Positions 35,986-48,693 of a stretch of 64,000 nt of DNA are shown piece by piece (within the stretch, counting starts at the first letter, position 1; every line of letters starts with the position of its first letter). The position numbers and the translations under genes are program-made. A model generated the notes under the pieces. The model was given only the letters and a program-made list of their open reading frames with translations. It ran no database searches and was not told where the DNA came from. The stretch comes from Neophaeotheca triangularis (Eukaryota): assembly GCA_054600435.1 (NCBI GenBank), contig BAAIJX010000060.1, positions 1 through 64,000 of the forward strand, in the 5' to 3' direction.

Positions 35986-37335
35986 CTAAGCCTCGACAAC
36001 ACCATAAGGCACAGCGTGCGAGCTAGTCAAATCGACATAACCATACTTCTTGCCCTCGGAATCCTTGCCCATCTCCTCCATAAAAGCACCCACGTCCTTT
36101 TTAAAACCCTGCACATTCTCGTCCCGGCTGAGATCAATCGGCTCCTGGTCCTTGCCCACCTGCCTGATCTGCGTGCCTGCGGCGACGTTGGTGATGCCGA
36201 AGTCGTTGTCGTCGAGCTGCTGCTTGACAGCGCCCTGGACGCCGTTGTGCAGCATGTCCTTGCACAAGCGGAATTCCTGGCAGACGGGGCGCGCGAGGCC
36301 GACGCCGTCGACGGTGTCGAGAGCCGAGACCATGGCGCCGGCCGTCTTGAAACCGCCCGTGACGTACACCTTTGTCTTCTTGAGAACCGGGGCTATCAGC
36401 TCGGCGAACTCCATGAAGAAGGCTTCGCGCTTCTTGGTGCTCTCGCGCTGGTGGCCGAAGGCGAGTTTCTCGTAAGTGCCGCCGGAGAGCTCGACGAAGT
36501 CGAATTTGTTCTCTTCGAGGAGCGTGCATAGCTCCTTGGCTTCTTCGGGCTGGAACCCCTTGTCCTGGAACTCGACGCTGTTGAGTTTGATGCCCAGGAT
36601 GAAAGAGGGCGAAGTGCGTTTGCGCACTTCCTGAGCAATCTCGAGGATCAGACGTGCGCGGTTGGCGAGGCTGCCGCCGTACTTGTCGGTGCGGCGGTTG
36701 GTGGTTGGGGATAGGAATTGGGCGAGCAGGTAGCCGTGAGCGCCGTGGAGCTCGATGCCGTCGTAGCCGTTCTTCTCGAGGTACTCCGCCGCGTGCGCGA
36801 AGCCCTCTTTGATGTTGGCGATGTCCTCGTCGGTGGCGGCTCTCGGCTTGGCGAAGGTCATGCCCATAACGTTGCCTTCCAGCTGCACGTCGGACGCGGA
36901 CACGGGATTCGGTTGGACTTTGTCGGTGACTTGACGGCCAGGGTGGCTGACTTGACCAACCATGAGCATGCCGTTGGCTTTGCCCTGGGTGGCCATTTCT
37001 TTGAAAGCGGCTGAGCGCTCATCGCCGGAGAAGGGAGCATCGCGGGGAATGATTGGGTTGCCGGGGGCTTCGAGGTGGTCGTACTCAAACATGATGTTGC
37101 CGGTCAGGATGAGACCGATCTCGCCCTCGCCCCAGCGTCTGTAGACGTTGATGAGGTTCTTGGAAGGGATACCCCGGCCTTGGAAAGTTGTGGGATCCCA
37201 TGCAGAGAGACGCTCAGTCATGGCACCCTTGAGGAACCTGTTGGGGGCTGATCGGCCAGAGAAGTCGAAGTTCAAGGGCTTACCCAGAGGGCTGACATCG
37301 ACATTGTCGGACTCGTATCGTGCTGCTGGCGCCAT
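35986..37335 (-). CDS. NADH:flavin oxidoreductase / old yellow enzyme family protein
   Basis: NRFLKGAMTE, QVSHPGRQ, DGIELHGAHGYLLAQFLSP, NRRTDKYGGSLANRAR, DFVELSGGTYE and GVGLARP. Confidence 0.95.
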   Translation of the reverse strand: MAPAARYESDNVDVSPLGKPLNFDFSGRSAPNRFLKGAMTERLSAWDPTTFQGRGIPSKNLINVYRRWGEGEIGLILTGNIMFEYDHLEAPGNPIIPRDAPFSGDERSAAFKEMATQGKANGMLMVGQVSHPGRQVTDKVQPNPVSASDVQLEGNVMGMTFAKPRAATDEDIANIKEGFAHAAEYLEKNGYDGIELHGAHGYLLAQFLSPTTNRRTDKYGGSLANRARLILEIAQEVRKRTSPSFILGIKLNSVEFQDKGFQPEEAKELCTLLEENKFDFVELSGGTYEKLAFGHQRESTKKREAFFMEFAELIAPVLKKTKVYVTGGFKTAGAMVSALDTVDGVGLARPVCQEFRLCKDMLHNGVQGAVKQQLDDNDFGITNVAAGTQIRQVGKDQEPIDLSRDENVQGFKKDVGAFMEEMGKDSEGKKYGYVDLTSSHAVPYGVVEA

Positions 37336-38360
37336 GGTGTATGTGATTATTAGGTGTAAGAGACAGGGATCGGATGAATTAAAAGTCTGGTGTATTAAGG
37401 TTGAAACTGCGAGGTGAGAGGAGTGGGTGTGGGAAGGGTAGAAAAGGCAGAAAGACTGTGATGTTCTACCTACCTGGTTTTATTATTACATGTTCTGGTT
37501 GCCGTCGGGGTAAAGTACGGTACCTCGGTCAGTGCGATACCTGGAGGCGGTGGCTTTGTAATTCAAAGTGGATTCGGAGACGTCCATTGAGGCGAAAATT
37601 TGGGCCTGTTGACGTCGGACGAAGCCCGTGCAAGCTTCGCCTTTGACTTCGTCATCCTTCACCGCCGTCCCATGGACACCTCACCCTCCAAGATATTCCC
37701 GCCACTTCCCTCGGGGGTAATATGATTTGTAATCTGTGCGGTATGAATGCCCCTACTCCGTGCATATTGGGCGGCACTGGGACAAGGGGGCTTAGGAAGG
37801 GTTTATAGCAGCTCCCGGGACAACGACAACAACAGCAACAACAGCAACTTTAACGTGGCAAAGCGGACGAGCACAGAGGCGCCAGCCAAACGACACCATA
37901 GTATTTTACGACGACTGCGGGTGTTTACTGCCACTTCCTACACGCTATCCAGGTGGTCACTATATGCGGCTTTGTTGTTCATGGAGTGCAAGCTCTAGTC
38001 ATACGTGTCCAGAAGTCACTCGGGTCATCGAGGTCGACAATGCGAAGGGTTGCTCGAGAAGGCTTCGAGGCTGTTGAACATTTTCCCTAACATTGTCACT
38101 ACGACAGCTGCGACTCTCTGGCTCCTGTCTAGGGAGCCTACAATCCAGACTCGTACATACGCAAGGTCGCAGAAACTGGACAGAAGAACACTAGTCGTTC
38201 TCGGAGTTGACGATCATTCCCCAGGCACATGCTATGCTCTACGCAACGTCTTAGAGTACCGCTTTTACATTGAATGCCTCAATTCAGGGTATTGTGGTAC
38301 AGACTCCTAGCTTACACATCGCTCGAACACGTTTCCACCATGCTATTGTTCCTCCGCTTC

Positions 38361-38816
38361 TTAGTCCAGTCCCTTACCACCCCTCTCGTCCTGCATTCCG
38401 ATGACCACGTCCGGCGCCTCAGGGTGGTCCTTCTTGGCCTTCTCAGTCGAGTTTCTCGTGTCCTTCTCTCGGGGCGCATTGCCTCCGGTGTCCTGAGCTC
38501 GTGCCCTAGAGAGCATTAGATCTAGAATGTACTGCGATATCGATAGTTAAGCCTACTCTTTGCCCTTGGCAGCGTTGTTACTTTGCACATCTAGCCTGTC
38601 GCCTTTGTTTGTAGCGTGCTCGCCATCGGGGTATGCGTCCGTCTTCACGGTGCTGTTGTTGCTTCCTAGCTTGTCGTTTGAGGCTTGTCTGTACGCCGAG
38701 ACGCTGAAAGATCGGACTGATTGTGGTTTCGCAACGAAGCTTTGCCTTGTCGTGAAGTTCCGGACTGTGGAGCGACGCATGAAAGTCAAGAACTCGGAGC
38801 CAGTGAAGGAGGCCAT
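38361..38816 (-). CDS. Small hydrophilic conserved-looking fungal protein with a mitochondrial-like presequence, 1 intron
   Basis: Arg/Ser-rich N-terminus (RSTVRNFTTRQSF...RSFSVSAYR). Intron 38556-38506 (gtaggc...ctaat...ctag). Exon 2 ARAQDTGG...KAKKDHPEAPDVVIGMQDERGGKGLD*. Confidence 0.75.
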
Positions 38817-39153
38817 GTTTTCGAAAATATTCACACAGATTACTTGGGTTGAATAAAGCGTGATGTCGGGTTGTAAGGGTCAAGGTTGCAGAAGACAAGA
38901 GAGGGATCCATCTTCTTCTGTCCCAGGCCGACGTCAAAACATCGAAACATCGTCATCGAGCATTGGTTGTGATCGAGAGGCTTTTGTGGGGGCGGAGATA
39001 CCCGCTTTTGTTATAGATCGGCTTCCTTTCATCTGTACTACCTAGGTATTAACCGCATGATTCTCTTGAGACACCCAGTGACAACAAAGGGTATTCCGAG
39101 ATAAAACTTGATTCTGAGATAAATCTGGGCACTTTGTGGTCTATCGATTCACC

Positions 39154-39717
39154 ATGGCCTCCACAACCGTCAACGATGCCAACTACCCCTGCTCCCTGTA
39201 CGTTCTGTTCACTCTTCAGCGGTAAGGATCTGAAGCTCACCAAGACTACACCAGCACCATTCATATACCCTTCCCTACCCACAGACTGGCAAGTGCAGCA
39301 TTAGGCACCCTCTCCGTTGATCGAGAGCTCTCGGACCTCGTAACCAGAAGCTTCACACTCGTTGCGCCCGACGCAGCGCAATCCGTACAATCAGACCCGC
39401 TAAAGGGATCGCTTTTGGTGAACGCGGCGCCCACCGAGCCGGTGCAACCAAGCGACTCTTCTACGATAGCCACGGAGAAATTGCCAAACGCTACATCTGC
39501 AGATGAATCGAAGACGGTCCTGAGGACCGAGTACAAGGCAACAACCAACCGCATGCTACGGGTCGCGGTCAACGGCTTTTTCGAGTCATTGGGAGTGATT
39601 GTACATGTCATGGAGGAGCTGGATTCTGATGTGCTTCATGAGAAGGGAATTGAGGGATTGGAGGGCGTTCAAGGTGTAGAGCAGGGCATGACTGGGACGA
39701 CGGTCGCTGGTGGATGA
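39154..39717 (+). CDS. PCC1: EKC/KEOPS complex subunit Pcc1, 1 intron
   Basis: Exon 39154-39197 and intron 39198-39254 give YPCSL/TIHIPFPTHRLASAALGTLSVDRELS...YKATTNRMLRVAVNGFFESL. Only the 3' half appears in the ORF track. Confidence 0.85.
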
Positions 39718-40450
39718 TTGGGATTGAGGATTCGAAAATCTGGAGACCACTCAGAGAATCGAGAAGGCTCTTAGCTTCGTCTCTCAAGAGATTGCCGCAT
39801 GAAGTGAGTGAATAGGTCAATACGGAATCGTCATGGTCGCTTGGGTGGTACATGGCTTGGCTTTCGGGCCTTCTTCAGGCTCCTGGCGAGTATTGGACGA
39901 AAGCAGCTTCTACCTGTCCGCCGCACAACAATACTGGCCGGCCATACTTTGCTGTTGCCGGTTCAGCCAGTCTTTGCGGTCCGGAGTCAAACGCATCAAA
40001 GCGCTGCGGACATCCTCTGATGTACATTACCTGGGGAGTTGCCTCATCTGGTCTAGCGGAGAATGCAAGCCGACGTCAGCTGCAGGAACATCTTCACTAC
40101 CACGACCTCGGGATGCCAGGTGAACAGTATCGAAAAGGCGTTGATCGATCCACCAATTAGGAATCGGTATGGCCATGAACAGAAGAGGAACAATTGATTG
40201 TGCATGCAACCAACGACTTCACTCCACTTTGCATTTCGACTTTTAGTAACTCGTGAGCTTTTCATACCGTAACGCTATCAACTCCGGCCCACCGACTTGC
40301 TTGTAGTCACCCTTATCAGTACGGCCAAGAGACGAGTATGTCATTGCTCATGCAACAGCAAGGCAAGCCGCGAGTAAAGATATAAAGCGGCCTGCACCAT
40401 TTGTTGGCTATTCCTCGTCAATCAATCATTGCTAATCAAATATCGGCAAG

Positions 40451-42127
40451 ATGCGCTCCTTATTCACGACAGGTCTACTGCTCGTGCAGTCTGCTGCTGC
40501 TACTTCAGCAATGGGGTTCGATCCCAGAGAAGCAACGATTGCTTCCACCCACCGCAGTCTGTACACTGGCTTGACGACTTGTAGAGAGGTCGTTGCTGCA
40601 TTCATCTCCCGAATCGAAGAGCTCAACCACCATACAAACGCGGTCCTGGCCTTGAACCCCCATGCTCTAGAGGAAGCCGACGCGTGCGATGCCCAACTGG
40701 CCAGTAACAATGGTTCATACGGCGCCATGTTCGGCATCCCGGTGTTGCTGAAGGACAATTACGACACCGCGGACATGCCAACGACCGGCTCTAACCTCGA
40801 TATGGCTCACTCACAACCTTCGGTCGATGCTCCCTCTGTAGCAGCTCTTAAGAAAGCCGGAGCCATTATTCTAGGCAAGGCGAATCTCCACGAGATGGCG
40901 CTCGAGGGTCTCAGCGTTTCTTCGCTTGGTGGCCAAACTGTCAATCCTTACGACTACACCCGGACACCGGGCGGTAGCTCTGGCGGTACCAGTGCATCTA
41001 TCGCGGCTTCGTTCGCAGTATGGGGCACTGGGACAGACACTGTCAACAGCCTGCGTAGCCCTGCTAGTGCGTGTAGTCTCTTCAGCATCCGACCTACTCG
41101 AGGCCTGATCAGCAGAGCGGGCATAATCCCAATCTCCTACACCCAAGACGCCATTGGCCCGATCGCACGTACAGTGGAGGATGTGGCGGTAGCATTGACA
41201 GTGATGTCTTCCATTGGCTACGACTCGGAGGACAACACCACTGCGCTCCCTCCAGCTGGGACATGGGGTACAGACTACGCCGCCTCCCTCACAACGGGCT
41301 CTCTCAAGGGCCTCCGGCTCGGCCTTCTAGAAGGTTTCTTCAACCGGGCAAACTCCAGCGAAACCACACCAGTCAACGAAGCCATGACTGACGCCACCGC
41401 AGCTTTGCGCGCAGCAGGCGCTACCGTCGTCCCCATCACGGACAGCATCTACAACGCCTCCGCAATCGGCGCCGAGCTCGACACTCAGCGCTACGAATAT
41501 CGCGAACTCGTTGACGCCTACCTGCAAGACCCAAGACTGCACGGCTCTCACCCAACCTCCCTCGCCGAACTCTACAACGAAACGGCCAACTACCTCGTCA
41601 TCCCCTCGGAATACGAATACGTCACTACGGCCCTCATTTCCAGCACTTCCAACCAAACAACCCCCAATAACGGTCGCCCCTCCTACGCGCAAATCCAACG
41701 CGGCATCGCGAACCTAACCCTCACCCTACAGCAAACCTTCGCAACCCACAACCTCGATGCCGTAATCTACCCGGAGCAGCAAAACCTCGTCGTTCCCATT
41801 GGTTCGCCTTCCCAATCCGGCCGTAATGGCATCCTAGCCGCTCTGACCGGCAGCCCCGTCGTCACTGTCCCGGTTGGGTTTAGCGAGGCGACGGAGACGG
41901 CGCCCGAGGGCGTGCCGATTGGGATGGAGATTTTGGGACGGCCTTGGATGGAGGAGAAACTTTTGCAAACGGCTTATCAGTTTGAGAGGCTGGGGAGGGT
42001 GAGGAGGGCGCCCGGCTGGGCTAGAGAGGAGGTGGAGGTTAAGGCGTACGAGGCTGTGCCGGAGGTGGTGCCGGATGGGGGGAATATTGACACTGAGGCG
42101 TATCCGTTGAGTACGCTTGGGAGGTGA
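40451..42127 (+). CDS. Secreted amidase-signature family enzyme
   Basis: Signal peptide; GIPVLLKDN (Lys), PGGSSGG and GTDTVNSLRSPAS form the Ser-cisSer-Lys triad; many N-x-S/T sequons. Confidence 0.92.
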   Translation: MRSLFTTGLLLVQSAAATSAMGFDPREATIASTHRSLYTGLTTCREVVAAFISRIEELNHHTNAVLALNPHALEEADACDAQLASNNGSYGAMFGIPVLLKDNYDTADMPTTGSNLDMAHSQPSVDAPSVAALKKAGAIILGKANLHEMALEGLSVSSLGGQTVNPYDYTRTPGGSSGGTSASIAASFAVWGTGTDTVNSLRSPASACSLFSIRPTRGLISRAGIIPISYTQDAIGPIARTVEDVAVALTVMSSIGYDSEDNTTALPPAGTWGTDYAASLTTGSLKGLRLGLLEGFFNRANSSETTPVNEAMTDATAALRAAGATVVPITDSIYNASAIGAELDTQRYEYRELVDAYLQDPRLHGSHPTSLAELYNETANYLVIPSEYEYVTTALISSTSNQTTPNNGRPSYAQIQRGIANLTLTLQQTFATHNLDAVIYPEQQNLVVPIGSPSQSGRNGILAALTGSPVVTVPVGFSEATETAPEGVPIGMEILGRPWMEEKLLQTAYQFERLGRVRRAPGWAREEVEVKAYEAVPEVVPDGGNIDTEAYPLSTLGR

Positions 42128-42796
42128 GGGGAGTCCGTAAGAGTCTTGCTGGGATTGGCAGGTAATTGGATTACACATCGTAGATTCCTTTCGTGATGTA
42201 CCGTCGAATTTCTCCCTGGCGCTTGGACGTTCCCAACGGCTTGCCTTGAATATTACGGATGTCGTTTGGTGGCGAAGCACTTGGATCACTGCGCTTTACT
42301 CGGGGCAGTCGATAGAGCTGAGACCTCTTCGTCGAGACCGCAGATCTGTCGAAGGATTGAATGCAAAGTGAGAAAGCATCACGTCTCGGCGGGCGATCCC
42401 CTACTTCACTCAATCAACGCCCGCGCTTTGGAGAGGGGCGTCGGTCACGATAGAAGACCTGCTGTTTCCGGGCGCCAAGAGCAATACAAACACAGTGGAC
42501 TCATGTTGCCCAGGGCGTAGATGTAGGGCATCATCTATATCGGACGTTGGTCGCTTGGAGCAACTCGACCGTGACCGCAGCAAATATAGCAAAGGTTCAG
42601 CAAATAGACGAAGGGACGCAATAGATGGGAAGGTATCAAATCCGACCGCAAGCTAAATAAGTACCTAGCCTTTCTACCAAAAAAGAAAAGGCCACCCGTA
42701 GGTGCCATCGAGCCATCAATGCCGCTAAATCAAGCACCAACTCCGTGCATCGTCATCGTCATGGTAGGAGCAGTGGTCGCGTAAACCACTGAACCC

Positions 42797-43446
42797 TTAA
42801 GAGGACTTGGCATCACCCTGCTTCTCAATAGCCGCTTCCGCGCCCCTCTCAAGCGTCTTGCCTTTGTCATGCTGCTGCTGGTATTGCTCCTGAGCCGCAC
42901 GGTCACCGGTGGCGGCAGCGTAAGCATTGCCCACAGTGCCGCCGACGCGGTCCTTGACACCGCTGCCCAAGTCGCTCAGCTGGCCCTTGGCCTCCTGCTC
43001 CTTGCCCTCCTGGTTCTGCTGCTGACCCTGCTGCTTCAAGCCCTCGGCGCCGACGAGGTTGCCGAAAGTCTCCTTGGCCGAGCCCATGGTCTGGTTGTAG
43101 GAGCCAGTCTGGCGGTCGGGGTCGTTTTGCGCGACGCCCTCGGCCGAGACGGAGTGCCCTGCGATGTTGGTGCCGGCGTGGGAGAGGTCGTCTTTGGCTT
43201 GGGCATCGGCCTTCTTGTCGGCGGCTTGGTTCTGCGGGGCGGGAGGTTAGTTGCGGTTTCTGATGTGTAGGCTGGTGGGTCGGGCTTACCTTGTCGGGCG
43301 CGCTGCCGGTGAGAGAACCGAGGGCGCTCTGAGCGGCACCGGTGGCGCTGTCCACGTAGGACTTTTGGGGGTCAGTAAATGAGGGTAGGAAGAGCATGGA
43401 CTGGCGAAGTACTTACCTGGAGGGTGGAGGTGTTCTCGTTGGACAT
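42797..43446 (-). CDS. CsbD-like / hydrophilin stress-response protein, 2 introns
   Basis: MSNENTSTLQ/SYVDSATGAAQSALGSLTGSAPDK/NQAADKK...GSYNQTMGSAKETFGNLVG...QGQQQNQEG; canonical gtaagt and gtaagc introns; TATA (tatataaac) upstream at about 43581-43589. Confidence 0.85.
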
Positions 43447-44910
43447 GTTGGCTGGATTTGGTGGGCTTGTTGTTGAAGTGGTAGTAGTGGTAGTAGTGGT
43501 AGTGACCTGGCTGATTTGGTGTGAGACTGGGATGTGGTGTAGTATGAGTGTGAGTAGAGCGAGGAAAACAAGGGCAAGGTGTTTATATAGCGACGAAAGG
43601 GAGGCAGCCTGGCGTGTTTCTATTGACCCCACATACTACTGACGAGACAGCCCAGCCTGGACAGCTGGAGCTCTCCTGTTATTACATCACATCCCACTTG
43701 AGATCCCTCCGACGTCATATCCCTTGGCGTCACCTGGCAGGGCAAGCTTCACCTCTGCACGTGGCTTTGACCTTAAAGTTGGTACCTACAGTATTGGTAG
43801 GTATCGGGTACTCCACCAATCTAGACCTCCTGGCATCCGTACCGTAAGGTAAATATGGCAATAGTTGGCACATCTAATTCGCGGTGCTTTGTTCCAGCGG
43901 ACCTGGATACACACCCGCAAGCCCCCGAAATAGGAATGCCCGACCTTCCATCAAAGTCGACCAAGTTCTTCCCCCTTGAACTCTATACAAGCCAGAGTTG
44001 GCGATTCGGAACAAGGTTAACCTTACCTAGGTAGCATCCGGTATGTAGGGCTGCAAGGCTCATCTTGTGACAACTTTGGACATTCGTACAGGACACGAGG
44101 CCCCAAAGTCTCGCCACAGGCCCGTGGCGTCGGCGCTGGAAGCCCACGTCACAGTACGCTGTAGCCCAAGCCTGGCAGGAAATTATACGCTCCCGAGCAG
44201 CCGCGACATTATTAGGTACGCAGGTCTGGACTGATGCCTGACCGTGAAGTTCTAGAAAAACATGAACAACCCACGTCATGAGAGTACGGTAAAGAGTGAA
44301 CGCAGTCGATTGAGTATGTAGCCTAGCCTAGCCTAGCCCAACAATACAGCGAGTGCAACAACGACAATCAAAGCGTGCGGGCAAGTTTGCGAGCGATCGC
44401 GATAGGAAGCAGTCGACGACCGAGCCCGCCTTGTTTTTCTTGCGCAAAGCTTGTCATTTTTGAAGTAGAACGCGGCAAATCGATGACAAAAGAGTGTGGT
44501 GAAGCATGCTTCAGTTTCTTGATCTTCCAGCTCGAGCCCCTGAATCGTTCATCGCGCAAGGAACCTGTCTCGGGATGTCCACGTCGCCGGAGCAATCGTA
44601 GACGCAGCCAAAGTGCGAGACTTGCAGAGCCAGGCGTGATGGGTCGGCACCGCGTGAGACCTCGCCTAGTCAGATGCACTGGGTACCATCATGAGCTAGG
44701 GCTTGTGGCGTCGGGCGTTGACGGCGCATCAGCATTGGTTGTTAGATCTCTCGAGATGGCGTTCGACGGGGCGGTTGCCAGGACGAGCGGCCGCTGTAGT
44801 TGAGGTTGGCGTATGCTTCGCATATCATGTGCACATTAGCATCGTGCTTTGCAAAAGCTTCTCAAAGACCCATCTTTGACAGATGGGCTTTGCAAGTCGA
44901 GTCCCTCAAA

Positions 44911-47900
44911 TCAGTCGTACCCACCACCCCCCACCTGGCTCGCAAAAGCTGTACTCACGCTCCTCGCGTCCTCGTCCCTGTCATCTCTGCCGTGTTGCTG
45001 CTCTTGCGGCACCCTGCCACGACCGACACCGATTGGCGCTTGTTGCGGCTGGCCTTCCACATATCTCCTGAGCTTGTCCGATTGACTCAGGGAAGCTTGT
45101 TTGTTGAGGTCATTGATGGACAAGCCTGCGAGCGAAACGCCGCCCTGACCTGGGCCCATCTTCGAGATGGTTGAGCCGTTGGTGGTGACGTCTGTGACCT
45201 CTGATGCTGCGACGCTTTCGCCAGCCACAGAAGCGGGACCTGGCTTGGACATCTGCGGGCCGGGGCCGGGAGACATCATGTTGGCTTGACCGCGCTGGTT
45301 CAGCTGGGGCCAAGAAGCTTCGAAGTTCTGGAAGACTCCTGGGTAGTTGGACGGCAGTGCCGCACCTCCGAGAGCGCTCGAGTGAACCGAGGAAACATCA
45401 TCGGGAATGTAACCTACGATGCTGCCAGCGTCGGTAGGAGGACCTTGACGCCCGGCACCGGGGGGGCCGTTCACGCGGGACCCAGTAGCCGCAGCCATGT
45501 GGTTGGCGTGCTGGTAGGCCATCTGGTAGCGCTGAGGGCCGCGGTACATTGTCTTGGGTCGCCCGAACTGCAGAAGTGAGACTTGCAAGTTGTTCAACGG
45601 TCCCTCGACGAGACAGTTGCGCTCTTTGAAGTGCAGCAGGAGGTAGTGCCACAGTGGGTGCTTGCTCAAGACCTTGGGGTTGCCGAGGATGACGCATCCA
45701 TACTTAGCTCGTGTCAATGCGACGTTCAAGCGGCGTGGGTCTGACAAGAAACCGATTCCCTGGTGATCGTTGCTGCGCACGCAGGAAAGCACGATGAAGT
45801 CCTTCTCACGACCCTGGAAAGCGTCTACGCTGGCGACTTCGATCTCCTTGTAATTCTCCTTGCGGAAGGAGCCGCTCTGCTGCATCGACTGCACAACGTA
45901 GCTGCGCTGGCCTTCGTAGGGAGTGATGACTCCAATGTCCTCGGGACGGACTCCAGCTTTGAAGAATTTGGTGATAATCTTCTCGACGTTCTGGGCTTCT
46001 GTGCGGTTGAGATAGGACGTGCCAGAGGCGCTAATTTCCTCGTTACCAAGGTTTGACCAGAACATCATGGGAGAGTCGGCTACAGGCCATGGGAAGTCGA
46101 CCTCACGGCGCAGGCGCTGTTGCATGGTCACACCGTTCTGCAGACTGCCTTCGTAGAACATGTTCGACGGGAATTCGGACAGGCACGGATGCATACGATA
46201 TTGCACCTGGAGGCGTATAGGAGCACAGCCGAGAATCACGAGGCGCTCAAAGAGTGACTGGTTCAACCCAGCCTTGGCAGCCTTCTTGTTCATGATGACA
46301 GGTCCAAGCTGTTGGTGATCGCCAACAAGCACCACTTGCTTACAGCCTAGCACAAGAGGGATCATGCATTCGGGCTCCGCGGACTGCGTCGATTCGTCGA
46401 TGAGGACAGTACGGAATTTTAGCTTAGCAAGCCTGGGGTCTCCCGCACCAACGCAGGTACAACAAATCACGTCGGCATTGCTAAGAATCTCGCGTTCGGC
46501 GGCACGGGTCAACGTCTTGAACTTCTTTTCGTCCTGTGCGGAAAGCTCGCCAAGCTCAGACTTTAGCATAATAAGCTTGTTCAGCTCGGCGTTGGTGTCG
46601 TTCATGCGAACTTGTTCGTGCAGAGACAAAAAGCCAACGGGAGACTCTACGTCTTCACGAGATTTAGCGGTGACACGCACAGTCTTCAAGCCAGTGCGAT
46701 GGATGCGTTCGCACAGCTGGTCCACCGCAACGTTGGAAGGTGCGCAAACGAGAATTTGACCGCCGTTGACCTTGCTGAGATGGTAGATGATGGTTGCTGA
46801 CGTGACTGTTTTTCCTGTTCCCGGAGGACCTTGGATCAAAGAAAGAGGCTTCTGCAAGACGCTCTTGACAGCATTGATCTGAGAGCCGTTGAGCTCTGGA
46901 AGGCCGGGCACACTGTACTTGCGGGGCATCTGCGTCTTTAGAGGCGCGGCGGCTACCTCATGACCCAGAAGACGATGGAAAATGTAACCGGAAACCGACA
47001 TCTCATCGAGCGCGAATGTCTTCATGGCGTGCTGCATGCGGTCGAAGCTAGTAGCTTTCCACACGTAGTCGGCCGTGAAGTTGTGGGTGCACTCGGTCGG
47101 CACACTTTTGTGGTCACCGCGAGTGCGCAGCTCCAGCGATACTTCGTCAGATTGATTGTTGGGAATCTTGATCACGTAGCCCACTCCCTCCCAGTTCGGC
47201 CTGAGCTCGCCCGTGTACCGCAAACGCATCTCATCACCGACAGCCAGCTTGACATCTCCAAGCTCGAGCTTTGGCAAGACGAACGAAGCAAGGTGCTTGT
47301 TGTTCAATCCAAAGTCCCAACGCACAATCAGGTTGTCCTGGCTCTGCGACTCTTTCAACTTGCGATCGTAGTCGGCTTCAATCTTTACCAATGGCCCGAA
47401 AACATTCTGGTATTGGTAGGCGTCGTCGTACCGCAGAAGCACAGGAGCAGGCTCGTCATCGATACCCGCGCTCTTCTCCAAATCTTGAATAGTAGCCGAG
47501 CTATTGTCCTTCCACATCTCCTCCAGCTTTGCTATAACCTGAGGAGGCAAGTGACGAGCGCGCATCTGCTCTTGATCGGTGGGCGCATTCACAAGCCATG
47601 GCAGAAAAGAGCGGTCCTCAATCAAAGGCTGCCATTTGGAAGTGTCCCAATTCATGTCCTTGGAGCTCGGCATGGCAGCGCAGGGCTGACGGCACAGCAA
47701 CACAACTACGGTGTCGCTCTTGGCCGGGATGAAACCCAGAAGGAAGACGTTCTTGGTACCGCAGTTGTAACACTCGAGTGTAGTGTCTCCCAGTGGTGAA
47801 GATGGATGCAATTGGACCTCCTTGTGCCTAGCCCTGACCAAGTGGTTGATGATGTGCGACGAAGAGGTGTTACCTCTGGCCGAGCAAAACCACTTGGAGC

Positions 47901-48249
47901 ACGTCAAACACTTGACGACGGAGCTCGCGTTGTGAATGCCACAGTACGCACAAGCATGCGCCGGCAACTCCACCTCTTCCTCTTCCTGCCTACGCCTGTG
48001 CCCGTTTGCGCCGTTGACAGCCTGCGAGGCCAAGCTTTCCAGATCGTCGTCATCATCGTAAACATCAGTTTCGTCGTCGTCTCCTACTCTGCGCCGGCGG
48101 GGACCTCCATTCAGATTGCCACGACCGTACTCGCCATCCAGCGCACTTTCACCGGCATCAATGGTGGAGAGGCCGTCGCCTTCGTTGATGGTAGACGCCG
48201 AGTCACCGATCAGGTGGTTGCCGACTTTGTTAAAGGCAGCGTTGGCCAT
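44911..48249 (-). CDS. UPF1: Nonsense-mediated decay helicase Upf1 (Nam7)
   Basis: CH zinc domain (HACAYCGIH...WFC...[10 protein letters not shown]), [27 protein letters not shown] and [10 protein letters not shown]; 1112 aa, intronless. Confidence 0.98.
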   Translation of the reverse strand: MANAAFNKVGNHLIGDSASTINEGDGLSTIDAGESALDGEYGRGNLNGGPRRRRVGDDDETDVYDDDDDLESLASQAVNGANGHRRRQEEEEVELPAHACAYCGIHNASSVVKCLTCSKWFCSARGNTSSSHIINHLVRARHKEVQLHPSSPLGDTTLECYNCGTKNVFLLGFIPAKSDTVVVLLCRQPCAAMPSSKDMNWDTSKWQPLIEDRSFLPWLVNAPTDQEQMRARHLPPQVIAKLEEMWKDNSSATIQDLEKSAGIDDEPAPVLLRYDDAYQYQNVFGPLVKIEADYDRKLKESQSQDNLIVRWDFGLNNKHLASFVLPKLELGDVKLAVGDEMRLRYTGELRPNWEGVGYVIKIPNNQSDEVSLELRTRGDHKSVPTECTHNFTADYVWKATSFDRMQHAMKTFALDEMSVSGYIFHRLLGHEVAAAPLKTQMPRKYSVPGLPELNGSQINAVKSVLQKPLSLIQGPPGTGKTVTSATIIYHLSKVNGGQILVCAPSNVAVDQLCERIHRTGLKTVRVTAKSREDVESPVGFLSLHEQVRMNDTNAELNKLIMLKSELGELSAQDEKKFKTLTRAAEREILSNADVICCTCVGAGDPRLAKLKFRTVLIDESTQSAEPECMIPLVLGCKQVVLVGDHQQLGPVIMNKKAAKAGLNQSLFERLVILGCAPIRLQVQYRMHPCLSEFPSNMFYEGSLQNGVTMQQRLRREVDFPWPVADSPMMFWSNLGNEEISASGTSYLNRTEAQNVEKIITKFFKAGVRPEDIGVITPYEGQRSYVVQSMQQSGSFRKENYKEIEVASVDAFQGREKDFIVLSCVRSNDHQGIGFLSDPRRLNVALTRAKYGCVILGNPKVLSKHPLWHYLLLHFKERNCLVEGPLNNLQVSLLQFGRPKTMYRGPQRYQMAYQHANHMAAATGSRVNGPPGAGRQGPPTDAGSIVGYIPDDVSSVHSSALGGAALPSNYPGVFQNFEASWPQLNQRGQANMMSPGPGPQMSKPGPASVAGESVAASEVTDVTTNGSTISKMGPGQGGVSLAGLSINDLNKQASLSQSDKLRRYVEGQPQQAPIGVGRGRVPQEQQHGRDDRDEDARSVSTAFASQVGGGGYD

Positions 48250-48693
48250 GGTAGCAGCTGTGCTCGTAGCCTGACCCGCTGCCGGTCTCTGAGGGAGAGT
48301 CGGTGTTGAAACTACGGTTGGTGTGGTGGGGTGCGTTCAGGCTGTGCTGCCTCACCCCGTGTCGAGAGACGTGTGGGAGGCCTTCCCGGGTGGCTGTGAG
48401 CCCAAAGAGACCAACGGTGGAAGAAGAGAAGTCGGTGTCACCGAGACTTGCCAGTGAAGTGTTGAGGGAAGGGGGCTGAGGTCGGTGGAGGAGGGTGGCA
48501 GCTGGCGAACGAAGCAGATGTTCAAGGTGTCGGCTGTAATTGATAGAAGGCCGTGCACCACGGGCCGTCCTGCTTATCTCATGCGACTGCTAGCGGGGAT
48601 TTCCTTATCGGAATCCATCGACACTTTCTTTCTGCAGTAACACGACTTGACTTCCTCTTCTGGAAAGAACGACACCCACACAAACCCTCCAAC

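Noticed and set aside
39760..40160. Short overlapping ORFs between PCC1 and the amidase
   Set aside because: Possibly a gene relic, but no motif is strong enough to support a call.
34481..42127. HAD + OYE + amidase as a secondary-metabolite cluster
   Set aside because: No PKS, NRPS or terpene core gene, no cluster regulator, and the housekeeping gene PCC1 lies in between.
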